Below the pieces are notes generated by a model. The model was not told the DNA's origin, did no database searches, and saw only the letters and a list, made by a program, of their open reading frames with translations. A DNA stretch of 64,000 nucleotides from an uncultured virus (IMG/VR IMGVR_UViG_3300020472_003601) (taxonomy: Duplodnaviria; Heunggongvirae; Uroviricota; Caudoviricetes): IMG/VR virus record IMGVR_UViG_3300020472_003601. One strand, written 5' to 3'. A program made the position numbers and the translations under genes. This document shows, in pieces, positions 18,966 to 31,000 of the stretch. Position 1 is the stretch's first letter. Each line of letters starts with the position of its first letter.

Positions 18966-19645
18966 TAGTAACTGCTCCTTTTAAATGCCTCTTCAGACAG
19001 AAACTCTTTAAGATTGAGTCTCTTGTTTGACAGCAGGTTCATCTGAACCACTGTCATCGCTGTGTATGTCAAGTTTGGTCTGGAAGCTTGGCGTGTTCTT
19101 TTATTCTGATATTGCTGTGTGCGTGTCGATGCTTCGTCCTGTTCATATATCGGATCACAATCATCTGGAAAATTCTTAGATGCTGCTACCTTTGCGTTGG
19201 TGTCGGTGGCGGACAATTTGTTTACAATATTAGGGTTGGATGGTTGTTTCTCTATTTCTGCTTTACCCAGCAAGGAGAAGGTAGGAGGCAACGGTGCAAG
19301 AGTGCAATTTACATCTCGTAAGAAATCTTCTGCTAATTTTTTAGTTGTGTAGAGAGATGTGTCAGTTTCTTGTGTATATGCTTGTGCTCTTAAAATACTG
19401 TTGCCTTTCAAAATTAGTGCTCTGGCTTGAGCGGAAGTCTTATCAACAGCTCTCCCATCCTGCGTGCTAAATGTCGAAGCTGCTCTTTTTCGAATTAGTA
19501 CTTCACTTGCGGGTAGACCTCCGGGTGTTTTAGTTAACATTCCCGGTTTCGTGGTTCTTACTCGTTTTTTGACTTCTTTTCGTGATGGTCTAGCCTTAGT
19601 AACACGTTGAGAATTGGGAGAAGGTGGTTTGTTGTTGTTAGCCAT
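18965..19645 (-). CDS. Basic hypothetical protein
   Basis: 226-aa ORF with a K/R-rich N-terminus, GAGG RBS and CTATTTA upstream. Confidence 0.6.
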   Translation of the reverse strand: MANNNKPPSPNSQRVTKARPSRKEVKKRVRTTKPGMLTKTPGGLPASEVLIRKRAASTFSTQDGRAVDKTSAQARALILKGNSILRAQAYTQETDTSLYTTKKLAEDFLRDVNCTLAPLPPTFSLLGKAEIEKQPSNPNIVNKLSATDTNAKVAASKNFPDDCDPIYEQDEASTRTQQYQNKRTRQASRPNLTYTAMTVVQMNLLSNKRLNLKEFLSEEAFKRSSY

Positions 19646-19664
19646 TTTAAATACCTCTTGTTAT

Positions 19665-19671
19665 TAAATAG
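19665..19671 (-). promoter_or_regulatory. Candidate late-promoter motif CTATTTA
   Basis: Intergenic, 20 nt upstream of the 19645 start. Confidence 0.5.
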
Positions 19672-19691
19672 AGTTTTCTTATATTTGTTGT

Positions 19692-22600
19692 TCAGGTTAT
19701 TGGTACACCGTCTAGAAGAAATTGGTTGATAGCAGTATCCATGCGGACGAGACCTAAATCAAATTGAAATTGATCTCTCCATTGGTACATGAGATCTCCG
19801 TGTGAATCCGGACCCATGGTACTGGTATGCGTCCAGCCTTGCTGACTGTCCAAACCGTCGGGGACTTCAGGGGCGAAATCGCCGTAGTGGTCGAAGAAAT
19901 CCGTACCTTCGCCCCACAACCTTGTGGAGCCGTAGCCCGGGCCTCCGACACCACCCTCTCCGTAATAGCCAAATGACATTTCATATTCTAGCCAATAAAA
20001 CACGGGCAGCCTTCCGATATCTTCCCAGACGTCTGGCTCCACAACGCCGCCCGATTCCCAGTATTCGACGCCGTCGATCACTTCAGGCGGATATGTTAAA
20101 TCGTCCGTGTAGCCGTATAGCCAGCTATAATCTGCTTTAACATAAGTTGCCATCCATGGCGTGTCCTCGAGGTAGCTATAGTGCGATGTGGTTACACCGC
20201 TGTTCGTATCCTGATTCCACGCATGTGTAGGAATCCATGTATCTTCGAGGGTTCCGCGCCCGGTTTCATTCATCTTGTTTAGCCAATACATACCGGCAGA
20301 TATTATTGTCAACCAAGTCGGGTCCCCATCTCCCATCGGAGACAACTCGTCTAGATGGAAGGGTGCGCCGGAGAAGAAATCCTCAAATTCATCTCGGTTA
20401 AAGAACGGATCGCCGGTACCACCCAACATCCCCAAGGACAATGTGACGTCGGTGTGGGAGACGTATCTATAGTCGTCAATCATATCTTGAAATTCATATA
20501 AAAAGGCTGCAGTCATCATACTCCGACGGAAGATTTTAAATATTGTGGCCCCATCCGATATCGGTCCGTAAGTATAAAATCCGCCGGCGCGGGCTTCACA
20601 GTAGTCCTTGAGGGCGCCCTTGTATATTGTAGATGCACAAGCTAACCAAGCCCATACTTTTTCTTCATCAGTCAAGTCGGCGTGGGTGTGCATATCAGAA
20701 CAAGACGGAGGAGTATAATCAGTAAATTGGTCTTCCCAATAAGCGCTCAATGCTAGATTTCCATATATCATCTTATCTATCTTAACATAATTACTAAATT
20801 GGTCACTATAATCGTTGTACGTGGTTTTCAATTCGGTAATCATTTCTTCCGGATCATCATCGAAATCCGCAGTATCTATGTCGCTAAGCGCTGAAACATC
20901 CCATGCTCGAAACGCCAGACCGCCGCCACCCGATATTCCATCTTGATTATAAAAATTATTTAATACTAGTCGGAATTTTTCAACAAAAGAACTGATATTG
21001 CGGACCGAGCCGTTTATGGGTCCAATCCGGTCTGCTATTCTTCTGGTATCTTCTAATAGTTTCTCCATGTCGGTGGGACTATCTGCGCTATCGCTGAAAG
21101 ATGCGTATATAAGTTCTCTTAAGGCATTGTACATATACGCGGCGGTGATCCATGGTTTTAGTTGTCCATCGTAATAGTTGTAGATTCCTTCGGAAAAAAA
21201 CTGGTTAAAAGCGCCGGTGATATTATTAAAATTACACAACTCTTGAGCTAATGAGTAATATTTTTCCAAACCTTCAAAAGCCTCCATTGCCATATCATAT
21301 ATGTCATCATACACTTCGATGGTCCGATCGCGCATATAGATTTCGTAATCATACGTTGTCCATACATCATCTAAGACTCTTTTTTCCATTTCCAGATCGC
21401 CTTCTCCGGTTGAAGCCATAGAATAGTAATCCTGAGTCATATCGGAAACCCCGGCGACATAATCTTCACCCATTGTCATCGCAGCTATATATTCTCCGTT
21501 TCGTCCTCCGTAAAAAGAACCCCACGTATTATAATAAGCCACATCATCATCCATAAAGTCGCGATATTGAAAACTCAACATTCTGTATCCATCTCTAGGA
21601 CCAAACGGGACCATGGTTCTGTAGTCTGGCATGTCATAGTTCCCGAAGCCCTCTAAGCGCTCTGAGTATGTTGGATTCGCCACATCAAAACAGACATATC
21701 GCAGATACGAATAAGTTCTAAATTGTGTTGTCGAAGCCCATTCGGAGCTTTCGTCGATCCACGTTACATAATCCTTTACCACTGACCACGGAGAGCGATC
21801 GCTTCCAAGATTGTACATATCCCACACGTCGTCGTCGACGGCGTAATCACCCCAGAGACCGGCTCTCTCGGCGCCGAGTTCGAAGGTCGGGGCGTCGAGT
21901 ATGGGCGCGGAATAGGTATCTCCGGCGTGGTCAGTCAACGTGTCTCCCATTGCCCACGGCTCCACGCCGGCTTTTCCAAAAGTATACACATACGGCTGTC
22001 CGTATTTTAAACTATCTGTATCGTAATCGTAATTAAAATATAAACTCTGTGGCACTGCCGGTGGTGGCGTGTCCTTCTCCCACAAACGCGTCCACAAAGA
22101 GATGGTGTGATAGTCTGCAGGGACGTGTCCAGTATATCCATCCCCTTCAGTTGGAGCTGTGTTGTTTAGCGTAAGATCCGCTTCGTGGCGGTATTGGACC
22201 GCCAAAGAACAAAAATAGTACTCATAGGGAATAGTGTAGTGAAATAAATCTTGAATTTTTCTTACATTGAGGATCTTACTTATAACGGTTTCTGAGTGTA
22301 GCGCCTTCTCGTAATCAAAATGCCAAATTCCCTTATTTGCGACTATGGTGTCGGCATATACTTCAAGACCAGTACTCGGAGCCGTATAGCCAGTGCCGGA
22401 CTCAAAATATTCCCACGCCTCAAAAGCATTTTTCATCAACTCATCATCAGACGCGTCTACCATTCTTCCAGAGTCATCTACGACTGAATAATCGTCCGTG
22501 AAGCCTTCTGACAGAGCAAACTCTGCGAAATCGGTCATCAGTCCTTTGACTGGGAGTGTTTGTTCTATATAGCGTGACATCATCGTCCAAGCTGGGGGGA

Positions 22601-24083
22601 TGAAATCTGCTGATACAAGCTTGGTAAGTGCCCTATCTCCGGGAGGAGCATATGTGTTCTTCAGCGGAGGTGGTCGATTATCAATTACTTTTGCATTAAA
22701 TGTGAGATTTCTTGCCAATTGGAGTTGTTTGCTTATGCTCTCGTTAAAAGAAGCAACTGCATCTGAAAGAGCTTTGAAGAATTTTCCGGGTGGAGAGCCA
22801 AAATCTTTTTGTGGATAAGTATTTAAATATTTCTTTAATTCCAAGAGCAAATCAGTTGATGTTGATTTAGCTGCTATAAGCGCCTTTAGGTTATTAACGT
22901 TCCTTTCGAGTCTTTTGTCATTCTGTGTCCACTTATTAAAATTCGTCATTAAATTTTCTATCGACTCTGTTATAATATTCTGATCAAGTGGCGTTGGAAC
23001 AAAGTATTTTCTATCAAACGTTTGTATTGGCTTGCCATTGAATACTTCTTTCGTCGTAATTTCTCGAAATATCACTTCTGTCTGATCTGGAACTTGATTA
23101 TTTTGTAAAATATGTTCATAAGAGATATCTCCAAAATTGCTATTATAAAGAGATTCGCTAAAGGCTGGTGGTGCAGCGGTCATATCATGTCCGATGGCGG
23201 CAATAAGAAATAGCTTTTCAGTATTTTGAAGACGCGGTGTAATATTAGTCGGATATTCATCCGTTTTATATTCTAATTGTATGTTTATGTTGGAGATTTT
23301 AATTATCTCGTTTCCTTCGCTGTCATAATGTCCTTCGGTTTCGATTGTAGAGCCCGGTATTGGACCGGTGCCGGCAGCCAAAGAAGATAAAGTGACCTTC
23401 GTGAACTTCGAGCCGTAATCATCGGGTGAATATATTGGGTTAATAAAGGCTAAAGTTTCGTCGATGTTTTCAGTAACAAAGCATGGAACAATTGTGCCGT
23501 CCCATGGTCCTTCGGTGTTCGTAGGATCTCCCTCTGCCCACGAGGTGGCACTCAGCACTCGCCCGTAAAATCTCTGAGCTATTTCGCTGGTTAGGTCTCC
23601 CAATCCGGCGCGCCTGTCATCTGACGTCCATGCGGTGCCATCCGCATGTGTTCCAGCGCAATATGAAGATCCATACCAATCAGCTATAAAAGCTTCTTTC
23701 AGCCTACTCATAATGTAAATAAATCCGGGCCACGAGGCTTCGAAATCGGAGGGGGTTGCTGGGTACATGGCGAACATGAGGTTCTTCATGCTTAAATTGG
23801 ATTCCTCTAAATTAGTGTTTAAATCTGCAAATGGCGATAAGAAAACATATAGGTACAAATTATCTAACTGGGTCGTGACCCAGTCTTCAACATCGATGTC
23901 TGCCGCGGCTGGCTTATCAAAAGAAATATCAAAAGCACAATCAATGAGTGTTGTGCCGGCGATGTCGGGCGTTCCAGTTGCCATATCTAGAGGATTATTG
24001 ATAATAATGCTTCGTATGTATACAGATGGCAGATAGGTTCCAAATACTTTATCTGCAGTGAGTCCTAAGCTTAATCCTGACAT
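19692..24083 (-). CDS. Large acidic hypothetical protein, probable virion component
   Basis: 1463-aa ORF, rich in D/Y/W, overlapping the upstream gene end. Confidence 0.6.
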   Translation of the reverse strand: MSGLSLGLTADKVFGTYLPSVYIRSIIINNPLDMATGTPDIAGTTLIDCAFDISFDKPAAADIDVEDWVTTQLDNLYLYVFLSPFADLNTNLEESNLSMKNLMFAMYPATPSDFEASWPGFIYIMSRLKEAFIADWYGSSYCAGTHADGTAWTSDDRRAGLGDLTSEIAQRFYGRVLSATSWAEGDPTNTEGPWDGTIVPCFVTENIDETLAFINPIYSPDDYGSKFTKVTLSSLAAGTGPIPGSTIETEGHYDSEGNEIIKISNINIQLEYKTDEYPTNITPRLQNTEKLFLIAAIGHDMTAAPPAFSESLYNSNFGDISYEHILQNNQVPDQTEVIFREITTKEVFNGKPIQTFDRKYFVPTPLDQNIITESIENLMTNFNKWTQNDKRLERNVNNLKALIAAKSTSTDLLLELKKYLNTYPQKDFGSPPGKFFKALSDAVASFNESISKQLQLARNLTFNAKVIDNRPPPLKNTYAPPGDRALTKLVSADFIPPAWTMMSRYIEQTLPVKGLMTDFAEFALSEGFTDDYSVVDDSGRMVDASDDELMKNAFEAWEYFESGTGYTAPSTGLEVYADTIVANKGIWHFDYEKALHSETVISKILNVRKIQDLFHYTIPYEYYFCSLAVQYRHEADLTLNNTAPTEGDGYTGHVPADYHTISLWTRLWEKDTPPPAVPQSLYFNYDYDTDSLKYGQPYVYTFGKAGVEPWAMGDTLTDHAGDTYSAPILDAPTFELGAERAGLWGDYAVDDDVWDMYNLGSDRSPWSVVKDYVTWIDESSEWASTTQFRTYSYLRYVCFDVANPTYSERLEGFGNYDMPDYRTMVPFGPRDGYRMLSFQYRDFMDDDVAYYNTWGSFYGGRNGEYIAAMTMGEDYVAGVSDMTQDYYSMASTGEGDLEMEKRVLDDVWTTYDYEIYMRDRTIEVYDDIYDMAMEAFEGLEKYYSLAQELCNFNNITGAFNQFFSEGIYNYYDGQLKPWITAAYMYNALRELIYASFSDSADSPTDMEKLLEDTRRIADRIGPINGSVRNISSFVEKFRLVLNNFYNQDGISGGGGLAFRAWDVSALSDIDTADFDDDPEEMITELKTTYNDYSDQFSNYVKIDKMIYGNLALSAYWEDQFTDYTPPSCSDMHTHADLTDEEKVWAWLACASTIYKGALKDYCEARAGGFYTYGPISDGATIFKIFRRSMMTAAFLYEFQDMIDDYRYVSHTDVTLSLGMLGGTGDPFFNRDEFEDFFSGAPFHLDELSPMGDGDPTWLTIISAGMYWLNKMNETGRGTLEDTWIPTHAWNQDTNSGVTTSHYSYLEDTPWMATYVKADYSWLYGYTDDLTYPPEVIDGVEYWESGGVVEPDVWEDIGRLPVFYWLEYEMSFGYYGEGGVGGPGYGSTRLWGEGTDFFDHYGDFAPEVPDGLDSQQGWTHTSTMGPDSHGDLMYQWRDQFQFDLGLVRMDTAINQFLLDGVPIT

Positions 24084-25096
24084 ATTTCTATATCTCCTTC
24101 AGCGCTACCGTATATATCATAGTACAAACTCTGTGTTTCATCTTCATGACAATCAAAATCTAAATCAATATAATAAGAGCCTCTGGAAAACTCTTCGGCG
24201 CCCTTGCACGCAGTTTCTTGCTCTACTTCACTATCCGTAAAGATGTCAAAATAATATTCTACACTACTTGTGGTCAGACTTACAGTAGAATTTTGTTTTT
24301 GTGTTTCGGATATCATGTAGCCATTTACAATTTGTTGTTCTTTCTTTTCAAAAAACTTTCTTGTCAAAGTATTATCTGTTCCAGATAGAAATACTTCTAT
24401 TTCAAAATTTTCTGTCAATAGGTCTGTGTTCAGTTCTTCGGTGTACACCAGTAAATTATTTTCAACGACTCTTAATACCTTATTGTCCGAAAAAGTCGGG
24501 GTCGAGCCAATAATTTCATACGCGGAATGAGGATCGGGCACAAATCTTTTATGATCTACCTTTTTTATATAATTAAGCACAACATCTATTTGGGGAATTT
24601 CCTGATTGCTTGATGTGTCCATCGTTGATGAGCCCGAGATGTCTCCCACTAATGTGACCAGCTTCCATGCTGGGGCTGCTTGTTGAGTTTTGCCGTCGAA
24701 GTGAGCATCTCCAATTGCTGAATCAAATCTAAAAAAATCTGCGGCAGGGATCTGAATTTCAGGACTAAGATCGATTGGGAAATATTTATCTTTCGTACCG
24801 GCGTCGGCGCCGGCGGTTGATGTAAGTCTTTCTTCTATTGTTGACATTCCCGGATCGTCAATTATGAAGTCAAAATGAGTTTGTGTTGCCAAATATTGGG
24901 TGTCATCTTTTATTCGAGGGCGAATGTCGTTTTGGAATTCGTCCTCTATGCCTCCACATGTGGAATCATAAATAATTCCCGAATCATAGAATGCGTAATA
25001 GACTGGCTTAAAGTTTCCATTTCCTAATTTATATCTCCCATAAGGAGTAAGTTTGAAATCTATTACACGCTCTTTCTTATCCAACAACTTGGGCAT
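24071..25096 (-). CDS. Putative tail structural protein (distant member of the LT..GR family)
   Basis: The N-terminus IDFKLTPYGRYKLGNGNFKPVYYAFYDSGIIY resembles 13195-14286. Confidence 0.6.
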   Translation of the reverse strand: MPKLLDKKERVIDFKLTPYGRYKLGNGNFKPVYYAFYDSGIIYDSTCGGIEDEFQNDIRPRIKDDTQYLATQTHFDFIIDDPGMSTIEERLTSTAGADAGTKDKYFPIDLSPEIQIPAADFFRFDSAIGDAHFDGKTQQAAPAWKLVTLVGDISGSSTMDTSSNQEIPQIDVVLNYIKKVDHKRFVPDPHSAYEIIGSTPTFSDNKVLRVVENNLLVYTEELNTDLLTENFEIEVFLSGTDNTLTRKFFEKKEQQIVNGYMISETQKQNSTVSLTTSSVEYYFDIFTDSEVEQETACKGAEEFSRGSYYIDLDFDCHEDETQSLYYDIYGSAEGDIEICQD

Positions 25097-28000
25097 TAAT
25101 ACTTACCTCCTTTTCCTTTTTTTCTAGCTCCAATTCTGGAACTCATCTTTCTTGTTCGTTTTTTGTCGCGATTTGCTTTTTGCTGTTCCTTATTCTCTAT
25201 TTTTCTCTTATTCTCTTGTTGTGCTTGAGTGCCCGGGCGGAAGAGGACTTCAACGTCAAGGCGCGCCATTTCCACCAAAGAGATATAATCATATGGCCAG
25301 TTATATTGTATGGGATACTCGCGTATGTGAGGCTTAAACGGACCAGAATCCAAGTTGGGGGCACCTATGTCGCGGCGCTCAGAAGGCGCTACATTCGCCT
25401 GATCAGGGATGTGATCATAATAGTCCGACTTAGCGCGCTGTTTGACCTTAAAGACCATCCACCTAAGCTGTTCCGTGGTTAGAATATTCTGGGAACTCAG
25501 AAGTTCTTGGTTTAATAAATTGTGTGCAACAGCGGTTTTTTTCATTCTAACTTTTCTAGAATCGCGAGGTGCTAAATTTTGATATATGTAGGATAGATCG
25601 TCTTTGTCTAACTCGTATTCGAAGGGAAAAATATACATGACAAGAGGTTCTATATTTGGATTATGTACCCAGTCAAGCTGGGGAGGCAGGACAAATTCTT
25701 CCATTCTGTCTGCCAATGTGCGAATTGACATGCCCGCCTCTTTGAGCGAATTGCCGGCTTTCGTTCCCACATTTTCCTTGAGTGCTGCCTGAACTCTTGT
25801 TTTTGGGATGTTTATGAATTTCTTGGACGCTCTTCTTTCGGGTGCGCAATTATCAAGCGTGCTACCCGACGCAGCTCCTCTAACCACGTACGGAACAGCA
25901 ACGACTGCTTCTTTTAAGGTAAAGTTTTCAGCTAATTCTCCCAAATTCATCTGTCGATTGTTCCTGTCAAATCCAAGAAGTTTTGCGAGAGACTTTGTCG
26001 AAGTAGCTACTTTGTTTGCATTTTCTGGATCGTAATTGTTGTAGATGGATGACTCGTTTACCACCTTGTAGTGATATTTCAACCACTGAGTAACACCGCC
26101 GGCGCTATCGCCCGGGGCGTCGATTGAAATTTTTGGATATTCTTGTTGTGATGTTGGATAGGCTCCAAATTGCTGCCAGATACCTCGGTTCACTGTCGCA
26201 CTAGCATAGTGAGGCAATGTGAGGGTGCCTGCTGTGACACTAATTGGTCGTATTCCTTGATCGGAAAAGTTAAACGTTGGGGTTTCGAACTTCGGAGAAA
26301 TTACCATTCGACTGCCCACGGTCTCGTTTGTTTTAGATTTTACCAAATTGTTTTGATCGCGTTCTTCTTTATATACTCTTTCTACTCCAAAATAATTTAG
26401 GGTTGCTGATAACTGCATAGATACTTGGTTAATCATATTTCCATCATAGTATTTTGGCGCTGCAGTCGAGGCGGTGATTAGACATGGACCCGCCCCGGAG
26501 CCGGTTACAGCGCCGGCGTCAAATCTCCAAGTTCTAATTTTCGTTTCAGCTAAGATTCTTTCAAGATCATATTTTTCAGTAATTTTTCCGTCAGATGCAG
26601 AGGGATAGAACCAGCAATCAATCCAAGCCTCTCCATCAGCATGAGGAGGGGTGTAAAGCGGATTGCACCCAACAAAAGAGTCTGGTACGCTTTTATTTCC
26701 ACCAATTTTATCACCAGTAGCCCAGATGCCGCTCGCTCGACCAGCCACAGCAATTGAAGAATAAGCAGTGGGTCTGGTGCACATGGTCTGTGTGCGTTTG
26801 AAATCAGGATTGTACATTGGCCATTGTGGAACATTAAATTCCCCACTTCCAAAGCCGTACGTCGTAGTGTTCCCCTCAACGCCGGCGTTGTCCCAATATT
26901 TTGCACCGAAACGACCCCAAGCGTCATTTGTTCCATCAGAGCCAACCTCGTTTTCTCTTCCCAATTTTCCATTACTAGGCGGCACTATCTTTATTCGCAT
27001 GAAATATCCTCCGCCGGCTTGTCCTTCTGTCGTACTGGAAAATGTAAGGTCCTTTGGTACCACGTTGGATTTAAGGGAGCTGAACGTGCCGTCTTTTAAG
27101 AAAATATTTGGAATCTCTCCCAAAAAGTTTCTAGCAAACAATGTGTATGATTCTTCATCGGCGGAAGCTCCAAAAATAGTTTGGGCGCCCTCATAAGGAT
27201 TTGCTGCGTTCGAATAGTATTGGTTGATTAGGGTCCCAGAGGGGTGGGGCTGCATATCATAGAAACTGATACCATCCAAGTACTTGGCTGGTTCTAAAAT
27301 TGTCTCAAAGGGAAGCTTAAGAAACGGGCTATTTCCCAAGAATCCCTGTTGTGGGTATTTGGCTCGACCTGCGGGAGTGTTGGCATAATCGCTGCGATCT
27401 AGTATGTTTGATGGGGTTAGTGCCCAATTGTTTGTCTGGGGCGTTGGCGCATTTGAAAGGTCTGGTCCGAACCAAGTGCCGGATATCTGCGTATTATCAG
27501 TAATGATTGGATAATTGCATGCAACACCAGCCTTTAAAGAATTGAATAAGATTCCGGGAGAATACAACGCTTCGTAAAGAGGTCTTAAACATCCGCCATT
27601 TTCTTCAAAGAGGGCTGTGCCGCTCATTTTTTCGCCGCGGAAATAACCAGTTATTTTGTCTCCATAAGATTTAGAGAATTGAGCAACAAGATCTGTGGCT
27701 CTCTGCGCAGGGTAGAACGATGGGTCGGGTCGGTATCTAATTGCCGCATCACATGTCAGGCGAATTTCTTTCGCATCTAAGAGTTGTTTTTGAGAAATCT
27801 CTAAGAATCCCTTAAGGAAATCGCTGTTTGTATAGGTTTGGTAGAAATTGGATTTGCTACTATCGATAGATGCGGCGCCCTTCGGATCCTTAAGAGGATC
27901 GACACCGGGGAACCCAAGCCAGTTTGTGAGTCCTTTGTTGTTTACTCCGAATGATAAATAGTCCTCCACATGATCACTAATTCTAAATTCCGGTAGAACC

Positions 28001-31000
28001 GAATATCCCTTAGCCATTAATTTAAGATCTTGCCAATATTCCTCATATGTATTAAACCATGGAGCACTGGCGCTTAGTTGAAATTCTGCTTGTTGTGTTG
28101 TGGAATTATAGACCACTATGCCGGCATTATTGGGTGTATCTGATTGCCAAGAAGCCTCACCTCCATATATCTCTATTTGTTCTGCAGGGTCAAAAGTACC
28201 GGAGCGACTGCCGGTTGCAGGGATATCTTGACAACCCATTTTAACTACGGACGTAGGTGAACTTATCATGTGTTTAGCCCACCCTAATGGTCCCGGGGTC
28301 AAGCTTCTCATTCTTCGGAACTTTTCACTTACAGCCATGCCATCGACGGCAGTTCCAACCATGTAGGAAAATTTAGCATTCTGAAGGCTTCCTCCATAGC
28401 CACCATATTTAAGAGTGGTCTCGTTATTTGAATTGATCTCCATGGGACTGCCGCGATTTAAGAAATTAATGCGACCAGAATAATTCTGATCAAACGGCGA
28501 GGTACCGCCCGGAGGATCGAGACACCAAGAGCTTTGCGAAACGGTTACTCCGCCGACACTTATAGCACTATATTCTTCTCCGAGCGTAATACGCCTGTCG
28601 GGATCGCTGTTCCATACGTTATTTTTATACGTAGCAGTGCGATCGTTTCCGGTCGACCATGCTGCGAATTCATTTTTCATCGATGGAAAAACATTTTGAT
28701 TATATATAACAAATCTCGTATCCCAAAAGGCGCCTCGGTTGACTGCTAAAATTTGATCGAAAGGAGTCACACATGTTTTCATCTTGGTGATGTTGTTTAA
28801 TGTGTTTTCATTGAAAAAGATATTATCGTTTTGATGAGTTACCTTGAGTGTTGCGTTGTTGTGTGGTTTTTTTATAGATAGTCCGGGCGAATTGAAATTG
28901 ATATATTGAGGTCGACCCTTTAAAGAAACAGGGGGAAGTCGATACCCCTCTAAGAGCGCTTGTCCAGAACGAGAAAGAGCAGTAATAGTGTTAAACTCTC
29001 TTTCATTTCGGAGCACTGGGTGTGACTCGATTCGTGATTGCTTCCAAGTCCAAAATTTATTGCCTCGCTTAGTCAATAACAAATTAAGATAATCAGCGCT
29101 GCGTATGTTTGGATTCAGAGCTGTATTAAGATAATTTGTCGTATTTGAACTCAAGGGGTACCCAAGTGTGTTTGTCGCGGCATCACTAACCGCACCAGTT
29201 ACAGAATCAAGGGTGAGAGTATTTAACACATTTAAAGGTTGCGTGCCTCCCGAAAATGCAATGTCGTCCGCACCAACTACTACATCGCTCTGGTTAAGAA
29301 AATTATAAAAATAGGATAATCCGTCGGAAGCCGACAGGTACGGGGAGAGCCTGTTAAGATCAGTTCTTTGGAACCCGTTATACCGTATCAAGTGGCTATT
29401 CGGCACAGAGTCTCCGATCCAGCTATATTGCCTGTCCGCTCTTGGGATCTGGTGTGTTAAAAAGAAATTATCATACAGCTGATTTGCACACACTAACTCA
29501 GTAGTACGAGACGCTGACACATATGCTATTTCCACAGGATTTCCTCCCGGGGAACTAGCACTTATAAAATATAGCAGAGAATTGGCATTCGTAGTAGCAT
29601 CACCTCGAATCTCGTAATCATTGTTACCCATCTGATCATAAAACTTGGCTCCCCACCCGGCAGTAATTGACGATATTTCAGACAACAATGTTGGATCCGA
29701 TGGGGAGAGGGAGTCACCGAACCTCATCCATGTCACAAGATTATCAGTTTTGGGAGCGATTGTGCCAGTAAGGTTTAAAATGCCGGCATTGGAATAAACT
29801 GTGTTGATTTCTTCTGACGTCAGCACTGCATCGTAAATAGCCATTTCATCTAAGTCTATATTTTTAGATTGCTTAAACTTTGTGGTATTGCCCCTGTTGG
29901 TGCCGCCAATATAAGATTTGCCACCGCCCATGCTATTGACTGAGGCCATGGCGGCTTGAGGTGTGGTTGGGTACGCTCCGCCGGATGAAGTAGCTTCAAG
30001 TACACCATTGATATAAAAACTTGGCTCATTGCTTGCCGCGGCACCATCATAAGTTACTGCAACATGATACCAAGTATCTGTCGCCAGTATTGTGCTCGAC
30101 TTCCACTTGCCTTTATTGTTTCCTGTATCTGTAATCCAAAGTGACACCCTTTCATCACTTTCAACATATACAGCTAGCGCTTGGTCTTGGTTTGTATTGG
30201 CGCCGTTATCCCCGAGAGTAACAAGAGCCAAAGAGTTTCCGGTACCCAGAGGAGTTCGCAATCTAAGCCATGTGCTAACGGTCCATGTGGTTGTGGTTAT
30301 AGCGCTACCATTTTTGGTGAATGATCCTGAGTGATAAAGTTTTCCATTTTTCTCGGCAACCACATATGAGCCTGATCCGAACTGAAGTCCGCGCGCATTT
30401 TCAATTCCCGTATTTAGATTATAGGATGTGGTTTCTTCGCCGCAGCCGATCATTCTCTGCTTGTTGTTGCGATTGATTTTGTGCCATCCGGGTGGTTGAT
30501 CATACGAGGCGCCCGGACCATTTGTTGCAGCAGAGGTGCCAGTGACTTGCAGAGAGTCGCGACCAAACCGAGCAGTGTGGCGCGCCTCGTGGGACCATAG
30601 ACCATAATCTAACCCATGAATATCATATACGCGCATCTCGGAGGGAGAGCTTCCCACAGGCTGAGATAACGTGCCTGATGGACCTTGTGAGGGCTTCAAT
30701 ACCGACCAGTTTCTATAAGGGACAGCATTGTAAACGGAGTACTCTGCTGATCTAAAATCATTATAGCCCAATGTCTGTTGATCGATGCCACCGGGCATTG
30801 AATATCTATTTGAAAAAACAGTCTGATTAGCTGTCTTATTAAGGTAGTCTGTAGAATAATCAGAAACCCACGTAAAGTGACCTTCGGTACCGCGGTGGAT
30901 ATCCCAAAATCCTCTTATGTTTGTTGCGCTCATCGCATTCTGTTGAAATGATTGGGCTGGTAACTCAGGTTGATTTTCAATAAACTGGCGAGGGTTGGCA

